IMG/VR virus record: IMGVR_UViG_3300037524_001870
Span: 1-44,184 of that record
Reading direction: 5' to 3' (one strand)
Origin: a virus
Taxonomy: Duplodnaviria; Caudoviricetes
Length of the DNA stretch: 44,184 nt
The position numbers and the translations under genes were made by a program. The notes below the pieces were generated by a model. That model did not search any database and was not told the DNA's origin. It saw only the letters and a program-made list of their open reading frames with translations. Positions within the stretch are counted from its first letter, which is position 1, and every line of letters begins with the position of its first letter. This document shows positions 1-10,559 of the stretch, piece by piece.

Positions 1-1257
1 GCCGGAGTAGCGGGATGCGTGGCCGTGGCAGACCGCGCGCAGACGGCCGGGATCGTCTACTTGCTTGGCGAACGGCCAACGGTATCCGGCGCGCGAGCAT
101 CGTATCGGGACGGCGACGTGCCTTGCCGATATGACCTCACACGGCGTGGCCTGCGCTGGTCCTGCGAGATCGCGACACCGCGAAGGACCCACACGTATCG
201 GGTGCAGTTCCGGACGTTCGGCTCTCCCGGGGCGTTGCGTCGAGCCAGACGTGGCCTCAGGGCGACCGCATTCGGCATCTCGGCGCCGACCGTGACGGGC
301 GCCAACGGCCGTGACTACACGCCGGAAGATTCCGGCTGGGAAGTGTCGGCTGGCGAGCTGGTTTGGACCTTCGACGACTCGGGTTTGCCGTCGGAGGCGT
401 ACCCGTACGAGATCGACCCGTCGACCACGTTTTCGGTGGCGGCGAGCGGGGACGACGCGACAGTCTACGGGGAGGGCGCTTCCTACCCACCGTCAGCTAC
501 GGGCTGCGAGGCCGCGACGGAAACGCGGCTGAAAAACTTCCGGTCTGGCGGCGGCAGTCCGGCCTATCAGGTCTACAACTCGTTGATGCGCTGGGACACG
601 TCCGCCTTGGCCGACGATGCGACGGTAACGGGCGCGACGCTGCGGGTGCGAGTGACGTCGGTTTACGACAACGACGGCGACCGCTCGTTCACGGCCGACT
701 GGTACGACTGGGGCTCGTCGTGCGACACGGGCGACTACTCGGCGACGGCGCAGACCAACGCGCACGCCGGGACTGACCTCGGAACCATTTCGACCGGCAG
801 CAAAGATTTTGCGCTGACGAACGTGGCGGCGAACGTGTCGCTGACCGGCTACACGTACCTCCGCGGCCATATCAGCGGCGGCTCGCCGAGCTACGGGAAC
901 GCTGTCAACTGGGCCTCGTATGATGACACGTCGTACGCGGAGCCGCAGTTGATTGTCGACTACACAGCGGGCGACCCGACGGCGACGTTCACGCCTACGT
1001 CGACGCCGACTGTAACGCCGACTCCGGCCTACCAGTGCGCGACGGTGACGGAGACACCGGACCCATCATGGACGCAGACGTTCACGCCGACGGCCACAGC
1101 AACGGCAACGCCGAGCTTTACCGATACGCCAACGCCAACATCAACGCCGACCGTGACGGCAACGCCGACCGAGTTTTACCAGTGCGCAACAATCACGCCT
1201 ACGGCGACGCCTGACGTGACGGTCACGGCGACTGTCTACTACGAGGCCGAAGGATGA
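1..1257 (+). CDS. 5'-truncated extracellular/virion protein with DNRLRE-like beta domain and Thr/Pro-rich tail
   Basis: Frame is open from base 1. Motifs [25 protein letters not shown] and PQLIVDY, followed by TPT repeats. Stop overlaps the next ATG (ATGA). Confidence 0.7.
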   Translation, partial: AGVAGCVAVADRAQTAGIVYLLGERPTVSGARASYRDGDVPCRYDLTRRGLRWSCEIATPRRTHTYRVQFRTFGSPGALRRARRGLRATAFGISAPTVTGANGRDYTPEDSGWEVSAGELVWTFDDSGLPSEAYPYEIDPSTTFSVAASGDDATVYGEGASYPPSATGCEAATETRLKNFRSGGGSPAYQVYNSLMRWDTSALADDATVTGATLRVRVTSVYDNDGDRSFTADWYDWGSSCDTGDYSATAQTNAHAGTDLGTISTGSKDFALTNVAANVSLTGYTYLRGHISGGSPSYGNAVNWASYDDTSYAEPQLIVDYTAGDPTATFTPTSTPTVTPTPAYQCATVTETPDPSWTQTFTPTATATATPSFTDTPTPTSTPTVTATPTEFYQCATITPTATPDVTVTATVYYEAEG

Positions 1258-3668
1258 TATACGTATCTGCACCCGCCGGGGGGCGGGCACACCACGGGGG
1301 GAGATTGGACCGTTTACGTGAAAGTCTCTGGTGCTCAACTCGAACCCATCATGTTCTTTTTCGGTGCGGCTGCGCTATTCTGCTTGTCGGCGCTCTACTG
1401 GTACTGGTGCCGCTGCTAGCGGGCGCGCAGTCAACGCCGACATCAACGCCGACGCCAACTGAAGCGCTCCAGCCGCTGCATTACACGCCACCTCCGGGTG
1501 TAACGGAGATCCCGGCGCTCCGCGCCTTACACGCAAAGGCGTACTCAGATGGGCGCGTGCGAATCAGCTCTGGTCCATTGCACTTCTGGGATGCCGCTAA
1601 TGAGCGATGGCGCAATCTGTATCCCGTCCTCGGCTCGCGTGGCACAAACCAGTGGGCAGCGGATTCCGCGTGGTATCAACTGGCAATCGACGACGACGGA
1701 TTGGAGACCGCACCAGATAATCGAGGGGCATTAAAATGGCTGTTTGGCAAGCGGTGGACGCGCCTTTCCGACCAAAGTGCAAGCGTAACATTTGGAGGCT
1801 TGACGTGGACAGTAACGCTGTCGCGTACGTCATGGGAGCTGCGGTCTAGCGATATTCCGCGCCGAGTTGGGCCGCGATCCGTATCATTCTCGACTGAACG
1901 CCTCGGGTCGATGAGCGACTTGGCGCTTGATGCCGTGACGGGTGATCTTTACAGCGCGGCGATGGGGCTGTGGATTCGGAAGCCGCTATTGGCCGGTGCA
2001 GATGACGTAATTTATCCGTTATGCTCGTGGGGGATTGACGCGAGCAAAATCACCTTGTCGTGCGACGACACAACGCTGCCGGATTCGGCTCTGCCGTATC
2101 AGATTGATCCCACCACTGTATATGTGTCGTCGGCAGACTGTGCGGATGCTGGTTCCACATACCGACTATCGTCTTGCAGTGACGGTGCGGATGATTGGAC
2201 AAGCCCAGCAAACTGCACCACCTCCAATAACTTGAACACGTATTTCAATATAACGGGGACAGGCATCAGCAATGCACTCTACCCGGTATCTGTAGCACCA
2301 ACACCAAATACTACCGCAGCCCAAATCTCTGCAATACCCGACGATGCAAAGGTGGTAGGCATTCAGCTCTACGTCGAGAAAAAGGAGAACAACGCAGCCG
2401 CCAACTGCACAGACGAATGCGTTTTTATGGCTAACCTAACGCCAACTCCTGCGTGTGCGTCCAACAAGGCGAACACAAGCACGGAATGGGATACAAGTGA
2501 TTCCACGGTGAGCTATGGTGGTGCAACCGACACATGGGGCTGTCCCACAAACCATCTGACCGGCGATGCGTGGAATGGTGGTACTGGGATGCTTGTACGG
2601 CCCTTTTTTAAGGGACAGAAAACTAGCGGTTCGACATATCAGTGCCAGATCGACACCCTGTATTGGGATGTCTCTTTCGAGACTGCCACGCCCACGGTCA
2701 CGCCGACCATAACGCCCACTTTCACACCAACGTGGACTATCACACCAACTCCGGAAGGAACCAAGGCTTCGTTTTTTGTGTCTCATCAACGCGACATGGA
2801 TAGGGTTGGTATTGATGAGGTCAACCAGCTTCCTTGGCCTATAGGCACTGCCACGCCTCGATGTTTGGGTACTCCTGTTGCAGCAGGTGGAAGCTACGGA
2901 ACCTATCGTGGTTGGTTTATATTTATTGACTTCTACGAATACATCTGGCAGATGCTTTTGCAGTTTGACACATCTTCACTGCCAGATGATGCTATTATTA
3001 CTGGCGCGGCGCTAAATGGCGGTTATGGCTCCGGAGTAGGCAGTATGCCCGGCCACAATATTATTGCCGACTGGCACGATTGGGGTGGTACTTGCAATGC
3101 CGCGGACGATTACGACCCAGATGCCCCAAGCAATGCAAATGCCGGTGTTGACTCAGCGTGGTTACAAGCCACAAGTTCAGTGCATCTCAGTCTGGCTAAC
3201 GCTGACGCAAATATCAACCGCACTGGATTTACGCGACTGCGCCAAAGCCACGAAAACAACGATTACTCGGCGGGCTATTTGGGCAATGTTAGTTCGTATT
3301 GGTTTGGCAACATAGCCACACCCACTCGCGCGCCACGGATAGACGTGTGGTACGTGCTTCCAAGTGCGACGCCGACGCCGACCAATACACCGACGCCGAC
3401 CAATACACCGACGTCGACCAACACACCGACGTCGACCAACACACCGACGTCGACCAACACGCCGACCAACACACCGACGGCGACTTCTACCCACACGCCC
3501 ACGGCAACGCCGACGAATACACCGACGCAGACGCCCACGCCGCTCTATGGTTGCTGCGATTGCGGCACGGGGGCCGACTGCGTGGATCCGTCGATGCAGG
3601 ACCCTCCGTGGACGTGCCCGGAAGGCTGCGAGCTGATTGACAACGCGGTCTGTCTCCCGACAGGCTAA
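1254..3668 (+). CDS. Secreted/surface protein with DNRLRE-like domain, Thr/Pro linkers and Cys-rich C-terminus
   Basis: 804 aa; signal-like segment [20 protein letters not shown]; LPYQIDP and [16 protein letters not shown] are paralogous to ORF1; PTNT repeats. Confidence 0.72.
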   Translation: MIYVSAPAGGRAHHGGRLDRLRESLWCSTRTHHVLFRCGCAILLVGALLVLVPLLAGAQSTPTSTPTPTEALQPLHYTPPPGVTEIPALRALHAKAYSDGRVRISSGPLHFWDAANERWRNLYPVLGSRGTNQWAADSAWYQLAIDDDGLETAPDNRGALKWLFGKRWTRLSDQSASVTFGGLTWTVTLSRTSWELRSSDIPRRVGPRSVSFSTERLGSMSDLALDAVTGDLYSAAMGLWIRKPLLAGADDVIYPLCSWGIDASKITLSCDDTTLPDSALPYQIDPTTVYVSSADCADAGSTYRLSSCSDGADDWTSPANCTTSNNLNTYFNITGTGISNALYPVSVAPTPNTTAAQISAIPDDAKVVGIQLYVEKKENNAAANCTDECVFMANLTPTPACASNKANTSTEWDTSDSTVSYGGATDTWGCPTNHLTGDAWNGGTGMLVRPFFKGQKTSGSTYQCQIDTLYWDVSFETATPTVTPTITPTFTPTWTITPTPEGTKASFFVSHQRDMDRVGIDEVNQLPWPIGTATPRCLGTPVAAGGSYGTYRGWFIFIDFYEYIWQMLLQFDTSSLPDDAIITGAALNGGYGSGVGSMPGHNIIADWHDWGGTCNAADDYDPDAPSNANAGVDSAWLQATSSVHLSLANADANINRTGFTRLRQSHENNDYSAGYLGNVSSYWFGNIATPTRAPRIDVWYVLPSATPTPTNTPTPTNTPTSTNTPTSTNTPTSTNTPTNTPTATSTHTPTATPTNTPTQTPTPLYGCCDCGTGADCVDPSMQDPPWTCPEGCELIDNAVCLPTG
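3372..3473 (+). repeat. In-frame 18-bp tandem repeat (CCGACGYCGACCAAYACR x5 plus a partial unit) encoding [12 protein letters not shown]
   Basis: Units start at 3372, 3390, 3408, 3426 and 3444. Confidence 0.9.
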
Positions 3669-3689
3669 AGATTATTCGGAGGAAACAAA

Positions 3690-4877
3690 ATGTCAGTTCA
3701 AGCTGTAAGTTTTTTTGACGGACCAAATGTTGACGCATTTTCTCGACTGCGCATTTCCAGCAACAACACTGACTTTGATTCGAAGATGTCTCATGACAAG
3801 CAACCTCTTTTTTGGGATGAGGTAGTAACGGGTTCTGGGGCGTCTTCAGTTGTTTCCGATTCCGAAGTAACCATGAGTGTTACTGAATCGGGAGACTCCG
3901 TTGTCAGACAAACTTTTATGCGCTTTCTGTACCAACCCGGTAAGAGCAAACTCATAGAAATGACAGGTACTCTTGCACCAGAAGACGGCGTAATAAAACG
4001 TTGTGGCTACTTCGATGCGAATAATGGAATTGGATTTGAAATGCGAGACGGAGCTGCCTTTGGGTTCATTCGCAAAGGTGGCGTTGATAGCTACACAGAA
4101 TTGAATCCATTTGCGGTATACGCCGAAAGTATTTCTCGTGGATTTACAGACCCGGTGATTATTGATTGGACAAAGAGCCAAATCTTGTTTTTTGACTTTC
4201 AATACTTAGCTTTGGGTCGAGTACGTTGGGGTGTGAACGTTGACGGTCAACCTTTTTACTTAGATCAAAATTTACACGCAAATCGGGAAGTTGGACCTTA
4301 CATGCTCAGGTCGAATCTCCCACTGCGCTACGAAATTGAGTCGACTGGTGGCGCAGGCTCAATGACGCAGATTTGTTGTGGATGTTTTACGGAAGGTGGC
4401 ACGGATGAAACTGGAATTCTCCGATTTCACTCCAATGGAATTACACATGTAGATGCTACTACTGCTGGAACAAACTATTTGCTTGCTGCAATCAGACTGA
4501 AGTCAACACACTTAGACGGAATTATTTCACTGCAATCTGCTAGTGTGATTTCTTTGACGAATGATAACTTTTTTTGGTCTTTGCTTCTGAACCCAACTAT
4601 TGCTGGCACACCAAGCTGGACATCAAAAGCAAACTCTTGTGTTGAAACTACAGTTGGTGCTACTGCTAATACTGTAACAGGAGGTGTTGATATTTACGGA
4701 CAATATGGGTACATGCAATCGGCTGTATCTGGGCAATTAAACTTTAAGTCAACATTGCGAGCTGGAGCAAAAATTGATGGAACTGCTGATATTTTAGCTT
4801 TGTGTTTTATGCCTCTTGGTTCTGGCTCAGTGAACGCTGACGCTTTAGGCTGTATCGGTTGGCGAGAAATTCTATAA
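3690..4877 (+). CDS. Phage hypothetical protein, probably virion structural (beta-rich)
   Basis: 395 aa; GGAGG SD; the DAFSRLRIS and YQPGKS motifs recall conserved phage proteins. Confidence 0.65.
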   Translation: MSVQAVSFFDGPNVDAFSRLRISSNNTDFDSKMSHDKQPLFWDEVVTGSGASSVVSDSEVTMSVTESGDSVVRQTFMRFLYQPGKSKLIEMTGTLAPEDGVIKRCGYFDANNGIGFEMRDGAAFGFIRKGGVDSYTELNPFAVYAESISRGFTDPVIIDWTKSQILFFDFQYLALGRVRWGVNVDGQPFYLDQNLHANREVGPYMLRSNLPLRYEIESTGGAGSMTQICCGCFTEGGTDETGILRFHSNGITHVDATTAGTNYLLAAIRLKSTHLDGIISLQSASVISLTNDNFFWSLLLNPTIAGTPSWTSKANSCVETTVGATANTVTGGVDIYGQYGYMQSAVSGQLNFKSTLRAGAKIDGTADILALCFMPLGSGSVNADALGCIGWREIL

Positions 4878-4929
4878 ATGTTGTTTCCTTGCTTTATTAT
4901 GTATGCTATCATTGGTTCAAGGGCTAAAA

Positions 4930-5148
4930 ATGTACGAATTTCTTTTACGCCTGTGGTCTAACCAATCGTTTTTTGAGCGCATCGCCAGATCTATACTACT
5001 TATTTCTGCCGGAATTGTTGCTGATTCTTTTCCCGAAGCTCCAAGGTGGGTTTTGCCTCTGCTACTTGGTTTGGCCGGAATGATTCACGCTGGAGACAAA
5101 AACATGCAATCTCCAAGCGAAACTGATAAGCACAAGGGACTACAATGA
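4930..5148 (+). CDS. Small two-TM membrane protein (holin candidate)
   Basis: Two hydrophobic segments; lies in the lysis region. Start could be 4903 or 4930. Confidence 0.5.
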   Translation: MYEFLLRLWSNQSFFERIARSILLISAGIVADSFPEAPRWVLPLLLGLAGMIHAGDKNMQSPSETDKHKGLQ

Positions 5149-5678
5149 ACGGTAATACGTTTATTGAAGTGTCGTCGTCTAGTGCTGCTGTTAACTTTCC
5201 TGTAGATCTTCCTCCTCCTTGGTTTGGCATCACACTCGGAAGCTATTGGCTTAGTGGTACTGCATGTTTCGTTGTAGCCTTAGTATTGTTGTATGCTGGA
5301 TGGCTTAGACGTGGGCCAAACGATATTGGAATTGCACTTTTGGCTCTCGGCCTTTTTCTTTTTTCAGATGCTGCCTGCCAGCTTTCTCTTGGTTTTATTT
5401 ATTGGAACTTACTGCACGGGAATACTGAGTGGTCTCTGATACATTGGGTTAGATCAGTAGCCGTTCTTGTACGGGTAATTTTTTCTGTATGGGCAGCTTC
5501 CTCTGCCATAGAAGCAATCCCACGACTCAAGTTGTGGCCTACTGAGCAGTCAATATGGGAACACTCCCAAGAGGTAAAACAAAAGCTGCTCCGCATAGAA
5601 GAGGACTGCGGTCGATGTCGAGCGCAAATGGCAATCAAATACGGAGTGCGCTTCGATGACTCCTCCCCTCCCGAATGA
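5145..5678 (+). CDS. Multi-pass membrane protein
   Basis: Three to four hydrophobic helices plus a soluble helical tail; ATGA coupling with the upstream gene. Confidence 0.6.
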   Translation: MNGNTFIEVSSSSAAVNFPVDLPPPWFGITLGSYWLSGTACFVVALVLLYAGWLRRGPNDIGIALLALGLFLFSDAACQLSLGFIYWNLLHGNTEWSLIHWVRSVAVLVRVIFSVWAASSAIEAIPRLKLWPTEQSIWEHSQEVKQKLLRIEEDCGRCRAQMAIKYGVRFDDSSPPE

Positions 5679-5949
5679 TTTACACGCGCTGCATTCTGAC
5701 CTTGTATCCTTACGGGTTGAAATGGCAGGACTTAACACAACAATATCTCAACTGACAAGAATTGTTAGAGATGGGGATGGACATCCTACTGGATCCCTCG
5801 TCACACGGGTGGCGTTGCTTGAACGAGCGGTAGAAAGTTTGCACGCTGATTCTAGTAGACAGGAAGTAAGACGTTGGCAGGTAGTTACAAGCTTGATTGC
5901 TGCTGGACTTTCTCTCATTGTGGCAATTTTTTCTGCTACGTGGAAATAA
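5656..5949 (+). CDS. Coiled-coil protein with C-terminal TM helix (lysis-associated, XhlA/holin-like)
   Basis: Heptad-like N-terminus, LVTRVALLE segment, hydrophobic C-terminal anchor. Confidence 0.55.
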   Translation: MTPPLPNDLHALHSDLVSLRVEMAGLNTTISQLTRIVRDGDGHPTGSLVTRVALLERAVESLHADSSRQEVRRWQVVTSLIAAGLSLIVAIFSATWK

Positions 5950-5972
5950 TTTTAACCTAAAGGAGGACTAAA

Positions 5973-6470
5973 ATGTTACAAACCCGAAAAAGTAGTTTTA
6001 TTTTTTTGCTGGCATTTTTGCTGGGCTGTCAGGCTATCCAAGATATTGCTAAGCCTTTCAAGGACGATCCAGCGTATTCTATTTTGAAAGTTGTCAAAGA
6101 GCAAATTTTAGCGATCAGAACTGAAGTTTTTATCCCCCTAGATCTTGAGTCCAGCCAAGGCCTGTGTGACGAATTTCGCTGCGAAACTTGGCGACAAGTC
6201 GACGCGGGTATCACGGCATTGCACAATTCCACCATTGAAGTTTTGGATGGGTTAGAAACTGGTCAAGAGCGCATACGACTTGCGCGAGGTGTGGCTGAAA
6301 ACTTTATTCGAGAACTTCAAGGTTTGCAAATGCTGGATTTCGAAAACACCCAGTACTATGAAGCTTCCATCCTTGCTTTGAAACTTGCAATAGAAACTTT
6401 TGGAATCTTTGAAGACTCCAGTTCTAACTCTGAACAATTTCGAATCGTTGGAAAGAGGGGTGAGGTGTAG
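5973..6470 (+). CDS. Predicted lipoprotein in the lysis cassette
   Basis: AGGAGG SD; basic N-terminus, hydrophobic core and lipobox LLGC. Confidence 0.65.
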   Translation: MLQTRKSSFIFLLAFLLGCQAIQDIAKPFKDDPAYSILKVVKEQILAIRTEVFIPLDLESSQGLCDEFRCETWRQVDAGITALHNSTIEVLDGLETGQERIRLARGVAENFIRELQGLQMLDFENTQYYEASILALKLAIETFGIFEDSSSNSEQFRIVGKRGEV

Positions 6471-6472
6471 CA

Positions 6473-6709
6473 ATGGCTGATTCTAATTTTGGTGGCAAAG
6501 ATCTTCTCGGTTTGGTCAGCAGCCTATTGTCTGTAGCCTACATTGCTGCTCCCGGAAGTGACATTGCAAAGTTTGCGATTATCAGCGCAAGAGCCTTAGT
6601 AAAAGCTCTTGAAGACTTGATGTCGGGGAACAGTAACAACTTAAATGATCTGAAACTTCCTAGCTACCAAGAAATGCTCGAAGATGCTCTAGCCAAAAAG
6701 CAAAAGTAG
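6473..6709 (+). CDS. Small hypothetical protein (lysis region)
   Basis: 78 aa; GAGGT SD; amphipathic/hydrophobic N-terminal half. Confidence 0.6.
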   Translation: MADSNFGGKDLLGLVSSLLSVAYIAAPGSDIAKFAIISARALVKALEDLMSGNSNNLNDLKLPSYQEMLEDALAKKQK

Positions 6710-6713
6710 TTTC

Positions 6714-7316
6714 ATGTCAAACTTTCAAGCTGCATACAACCGAACCGTCTTGGTATACGAGGGCGGCTACGCTAAGGACCCTAAGGATCCCGGGGGCGAG
6801 ACGTACAGAGGTGTATCAAGAAAGCACCACGGAAATTGGGCTGGATGGAGCTTGATCGACACGTGGAAACGGTCAAAGTCATTTCCCGGTTGTTTGGACA
6901 AAGATGAAAAGCTGCAAGACCTCGTAAAAAAGTTTTACTTGGAATTCTATTGGAACCCATTGCAGCTTTCTCTGAATCCCGTAAATATTGTAGCTCAAGA
7001 ATTGTTTGATAGCGCGGTACACCAAGGAACCACAACAGCTACGATTCAGCTCCAGAGAAGTCTGAATGTCTTGAACAAGAACTCAAAGCTTTGGTCTGAC
7101 TTGAAAGTTGATGGTCAGTATGGTGCTAAGACACACGAAGCTGTCATAGCTTGCTTGAATGAAGTTCCAGTTTCATTGCTGCTTACTCCAGTTCGGGCAC
7201 TTCGCGTTAGCAGGATGATTGAGTTGATAGAAAGAAATGAAAACCTAGAGCGGTTTTCGGCTGGATGGTTCGCTCGCGTGCCTTGTTGGAGTTTGGATCA
7301 GCATCAAACATCTTAA
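6714..7316 (+). CDS. Endolysin, glycoside hydrolase family 108 with peptidoglycan-binding C-terminus
   Basis: EGGY..DPKDPGGET.RG catalytic signature; LFD.AV, VDG.YG.KT and GWF.R motifs. Confidence 0.92.
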   Translation: MSNFQAAYNRTVLVYEGGYAKDPKDPGGETYRGVSRKHHGNWAGWSLIDTWKRSKSFPGCLDKDEKLQDLVKKFYLEFYWNPLQLSLNPVNIVAQELFDSAVHQGTTTATIQLQRSLNVLNKNSKLWSDLKVDGQYGAKTHEAVIACLNEVPVSLLLTPVRALRVSRMIELIERNENLERFSAGWFARVPCWSLDQHQTS

Positions 7317-7391
7317 CGCTAGTTCTTCGAAACATGGCGACCTACAATTCAGGAACTCACTACGGGGCAAACCAACGATACGGCAGCGACG

Positions 7392-8531
7392 ATGTGCAAA
7401 TACGGTTCTGGAAAAAACTACGGTTCTGGACTTCATTATGGAAGTTGCTCAGGGACAGAAGTTACGGAGTCGGAGTGGTCTCCCCTACTGGGAGGTAATC
7501 ATTTCGGGCAAGATTGGCTCATAGCTTCTGACTTGGTTATTTCCGGAGAGCACATAAACGTCGGGAACTTCTATGTTGCTCCCGGAGTTGTTGTAAATGT
7601 TCAGCCCTATTCTGGGTCTGCCTATGGCTACAGCACTGTAAAATGCCGAAGTGCTGAAATCCTCGGGAGCCTCTCCGGGTCGTTTGCCGGATTCACTGGT
7701 GGAGGTGGAGGAGGCGGGGGTGGAGGCGCCGGTGTCAGTTCTGGGGGATCAGGTGGTCTTGGGGGCGACTCTAGATACGGATCTGATGGAACCTCAGGCT
7801 CTGCCGGTGCCACAGGCACTGCTTCTCTAGGCGGTTCGGGTGGCGCCGGGGCTTCCGGCCACGGCACGTATGCTGGAGCAGGTGGCTCACCGGGCGTTTC
7901 CGGAGGGTCGAACGGGTCCTCGGGTACAGCAGGCGGGTATCTCGCAGCAGAGGGGCAAGGAGACGCAACCACAGACACTTCTCTCGTTAGAGGTTCGGGA
8001 GGTGGGGGCGGTGGTGGAGGTGCAGGTCAAAACACCGTTATTGGTACTATAACAGGAGGTGGTGGTGGCTCTGGTGGGGCGGCTGGTGGGTCCGGAGGGG
8101 CGTACCTCAAAATCGAGGCCTTGGGGCTTATAAAAATTTCTGGGTCCGTAATCAGCCACGGTGGTTTTCGTTTGTCTGGGTATTCCGGAAGTTCTGGAAC
8201 CTTGAACGCAGGTGGATCTGGTGGATCCGGTGGCGCCACTGACGAAGAAGAGCCTAACGGTTCGGCAGGCAGCAGTTATCCGGGAGGCGCCTCTGGGGGT
8301 ACTGGAGGAGCGGGTGGTAGGGGTGCCGGTGGTGGTATTCTCCTCTATACTTCTGGAGGCGCCGGACTAGTAGTATCCGGGACGGTAAAAAATTTAGGGG
8401 GAGGGACCGAAAGTGCAAATGGTGGGACTCTAAAAAAGTTTTACATTTCTGGAAAGAAGGCAGACACAGGTACAACAGCCACTGGTAGAGACTACAACAA
8501 TGAGTCACTGCGAAGAGCTGAAATAAGCTAA
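7392..8531 (+). CDS. Glycine-rich protein (tail fibre/virion-associated)
   Basis: Long GGGGG/GSGG tracts separated by short beta strands. The start is uncertain (see frameshift finding). Confidence 0.7.
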   Translation: MCKYGSGKNYGSGLHYGSCSGTEVTESEWSPLLGGNHFGQDWLIASDLVISGEHINVGNFYVAPGVVVNVQPYSGSAYGYSTVKCRSAEILGSLSGSFAGFTGGGGGGGGGGAGVSSGGSGGLGGDSRYGSDGTSGSAGATGTASLGGSGGAGASGHGTYAGAGGSPGVSGGSNGSSGTAGGYLAAEGQGDATTDTSLVRGSGGGGGGGGAGQNTVIGTITGGGGGSGGAAGGSGGAYLKIEALGLIKISGSVISHGGFRLSGYSGSSGTLNAGGSGGSGGATDEEEPNGSAGSSYPGGASGGTGGAGGRGAGGGILLYTSGGAGLVVSGTVKNLGGGTESANGGTLKKFYISGKKADTGTTATGRDYNNESLRRAEIS

Positions 8532-8545
8532 AGGAGGAACCACAA

Positions 8546-9052
8546 ATGATGGTCAAAATAACTCGACGCGATATTGTTTCTCTAAACTTTATTATTTCAA
8601 AACTTCGAAACAAAAGCAATCTGAATTCGAAATTTGTCTACGCACTTGTGAAAAACTCGAAGTCTATTGCCAACGAAATCGAGGCAATTCGTGCAGCCAT
8701 CGACAACAAGGTCGATGGCTTTTCGGATTTTGAGAGCCAAAGACTGGCACTTTGCAAGAAGTACAGTTCGAAGACGGATAGCGGCGACCCTGAAATTTCG
8801 CTAGACGGAAACTATGTGATCGCCCCTGAGTTTCAAAAAGTTTTTGATGATGAAGTAAATGCTTTGCGTGAAACATTCAGCGATTGTTTGGCAGCAGAAC
8901 AACGTAGAATCGAAGATCTAACAAAAGATTGGTTAAACGAAGAAATTGAAGTAAACATTCATCAAATATCCTCTGCATATCTTCCAGAGATTCTTTCATT
9001 TGATGAAGTTCAATCTTTGTTTCCAATGCTAACCGATAACTTGTGTGAGTGA
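8546..9052 (+). CDS. Phage helical hypothetical protein (tail-region associated)
   Basis: 168 aa; AGGAGG SD; resembles small proteins often found downstream of tail fibre genes. Confidence 0.6.
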   Translation: MMVKITRRDIVSLNFIISKLRNKSNLNSKFVYALVKNSKSIANEIEAIRAAIDNKVDGFSDFESQRLALCKKYSSKTDSGDPEISLDGNYVIAPEFQKVFDDEVNALRETFSDCLAAEQRRIEDLTKDWLNEEIEVNIHQISSAYLPEILSFDEVQSLFPMLTDNLCE

Positions 9053-9053
9053 G

Positions 9054-10355
9054 ATGGCTAGATCACGAACAACTAAAACTTCTGCTGCGAAAACCGAAAC
9101 CCCCGGCACTCCACGTAGAAATTTACGTCTGGAATGGGTTGATCCTAAAACTCTTTCACCAAATCCAAAGAACTGGCGCCGACATCCAAAGGTTCAGGTT
9201 GATGCTCTCGGAGGCCTGATCAAGCGTGGCGTAGGCTGGGCGGGCGCGCTGCTATACAACGAGCGAACCGGGCGATTGATCGACGGTCACGCACGTCGAA
9301 ACCTAGACGTAGACGAAGTGCCCGTTCTGATAGGTAGTTGGACGGAAGAAGAGGAAAACACGATTCTGGCAACGCTAGATCCGCTCGCTGAAGCTGCTGA
9401 AGTCGATGAAAAGGCTTTGGCTGTTTTGATTGCCGACATGAAAATTGACGATCCCTCCGTCAACAAACTTTTTGAGCGCATGATGGAGGAAAACGCTCAC
9501 CTGATGGACGAAGTTCAAAAGATTATAGACAGAGATTCAGACGCCTACTATGAATCCGAAGACAACACGATGGTAGATGACCTAGAGGACTCCACTGAAA
9601 TCTCTGAAGCTCCAGCAATCTTTTTTCGGCCGGACGCAATCTTTGCTTCGTCAAACAAATGGGGCATTCCCGATTTGAAGACTGAGTTGCTCTCGACCGT
9701 TATTCCTACAGAAGTTCATGGTGGTGAGTCCTACGAGCAGGTCAAGGACCCGTCTAAGTGGCTGTTCATTCACGGGAAAGCAAAATTTACCCGGGAAAAC
9801 GTCGAAGGTGGCGTTCTTTGTTTCTACTTAGAAGACGAAAGCTTTGATTCTATTTGGAACAACATTCCGGCTACAGTTGAAAAGCTTTACAGAACAAAAT
9901 GGGGTGGCGTCGTAACTCCCGATTTTTCTGTGTGGGCTGACGATCCTCTTGCCGTGCAGATTTGGAATGTGTACCGTGCGCGTTGGTGTGCAAGGTACTG
10001 GCAAGACGCAGGAATCAAAGTTCTTCCAAATGTCTCATGGGCAGACAAGAGGTCCTTCGATTTTGCTTTCGAAGGAATTCCAAAGAACGCTCCTGTCGTA
10101 ATCTGCCAATGCAGGTCTCTTGGGAAGACAAAGACCGACAAAGAGTTCGGAAGAAAGCGTTGGATCACTGGATTCACGGCTGCGATGAAAGCGCTTGAAC
10201 CCCAGAATGTGTTGATCTACGGTGGAATAGAGCACAGGGGTTGGATTGAGTCTTTACTGCCGAAAATCAAGTTACCCAAGATTCACTATCTGGATTCTTG
10301 GATTGCCAAACGACGGGCAGCCAACTTCAGATTAGGTGAAGGATACCCATCTTAG
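9054..10355 (+). CDS. ParB/Srx-like N-terminal domain fused to a DUF4417-like domain
   Basis: LSPNPKNWRRHP...LIDGHAR (ParB-like); acidic linker; FYLEDESF..IW, TPDFS, QIWNVYRARW and PNVSW (DUF4417-like). Confidence 0.75.
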   Translation: MARSRTTKTSAAKTETPGTPRRNLRLEWVDPKTLSPNPKNWRRHPKVQVDALGGLIKRGVGWAGALLYNERTGRLIDGHARRNLDVDEVPVLIGSWTEEEENTILATLDPLAEAAEVDEKALAVLIADMKIDDPSVNKLFERMMEENAHLMDEVQKIIDRDSDAYYESEDNTMVDDLEDSTEISEAPAIFFRPDAIFASSNKWGIPDLKTELLSTVIPTEVHGGESYEQVKDPSKWLFIHGKAKFTRENVEGGVLCFYLEDESFDSIWNNIPATVEKLYRTKWGGVVTPDFSVWADDPLAVQIWNVYRARWCARYWQDAGIKVLPNVSWADKRSFDFAFEGIPKNAPVVICQCRSLGKTKTDKEFGRKRWITGFTAAMKALEPQNVLIYGGIEHRGWIESLLPKIKLPKIHYLDSWIAKRRAANFRLGEGYPS

Positions 10356-10369
10356 GAAAGGAGGTAAGC

Positions 10370-10477
10370 ATGAACGTTCCATACAGAGGCAAGGGTGGTG
10401 GTGGTTCCCGAGGACGTCGGGCCCGCCTGTTGCGTCTCGCACGAGTTCTTGCTATTCGTCGGGCGCGAGGTCTGTAA
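10370..10477 (+). CDS. 35-aa Gly/Arg-rich peptide MNVPYRGKGGGGSRGRRARLLRLARVLAIRRARGL (not in ORF track)
   Basis: Strong AAGGAGGT SD before ATG 10370; TAA at 10475-10477; followed by a terminator. Confidence 0.75.
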   Translation: MNVPYRGKGGGGSRGRRARLLRLARVLAIRRARGL

Positions 10478-10524
10478 TTCCACGCAACAGGGTTTAATCG
10501 ACCCTTCCCCCACTTGTTGTGTGG

Positions 10525-10559
10525 AAAGCCACGAGGGTTATGCCCTCGTGGCTTTTTTC
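10525..10559 (+). terminator. Rho-independent terminator
   Basis: Perfect 13-bp stem AAAGCCACGAGGG/CCCTCGTGGCTTT with a 5-nt loop and T-run; lies between converging genes. Confidence 0.88.

Noticed and set aside
580-3260. Similar segments in ORF1 and ORF2 as a DGR template/variable repeat pair
   Set aside because: Differences are not confined to adenines and no reverse transcriptase is in the window; ordinary paralogy.
3372-3473. Regular repeats as a possible CRISPR array
   Set aside because: Contiguous in-frame 18-bp units without spacers, encoding a Thr/Pro linker; no cas genes.
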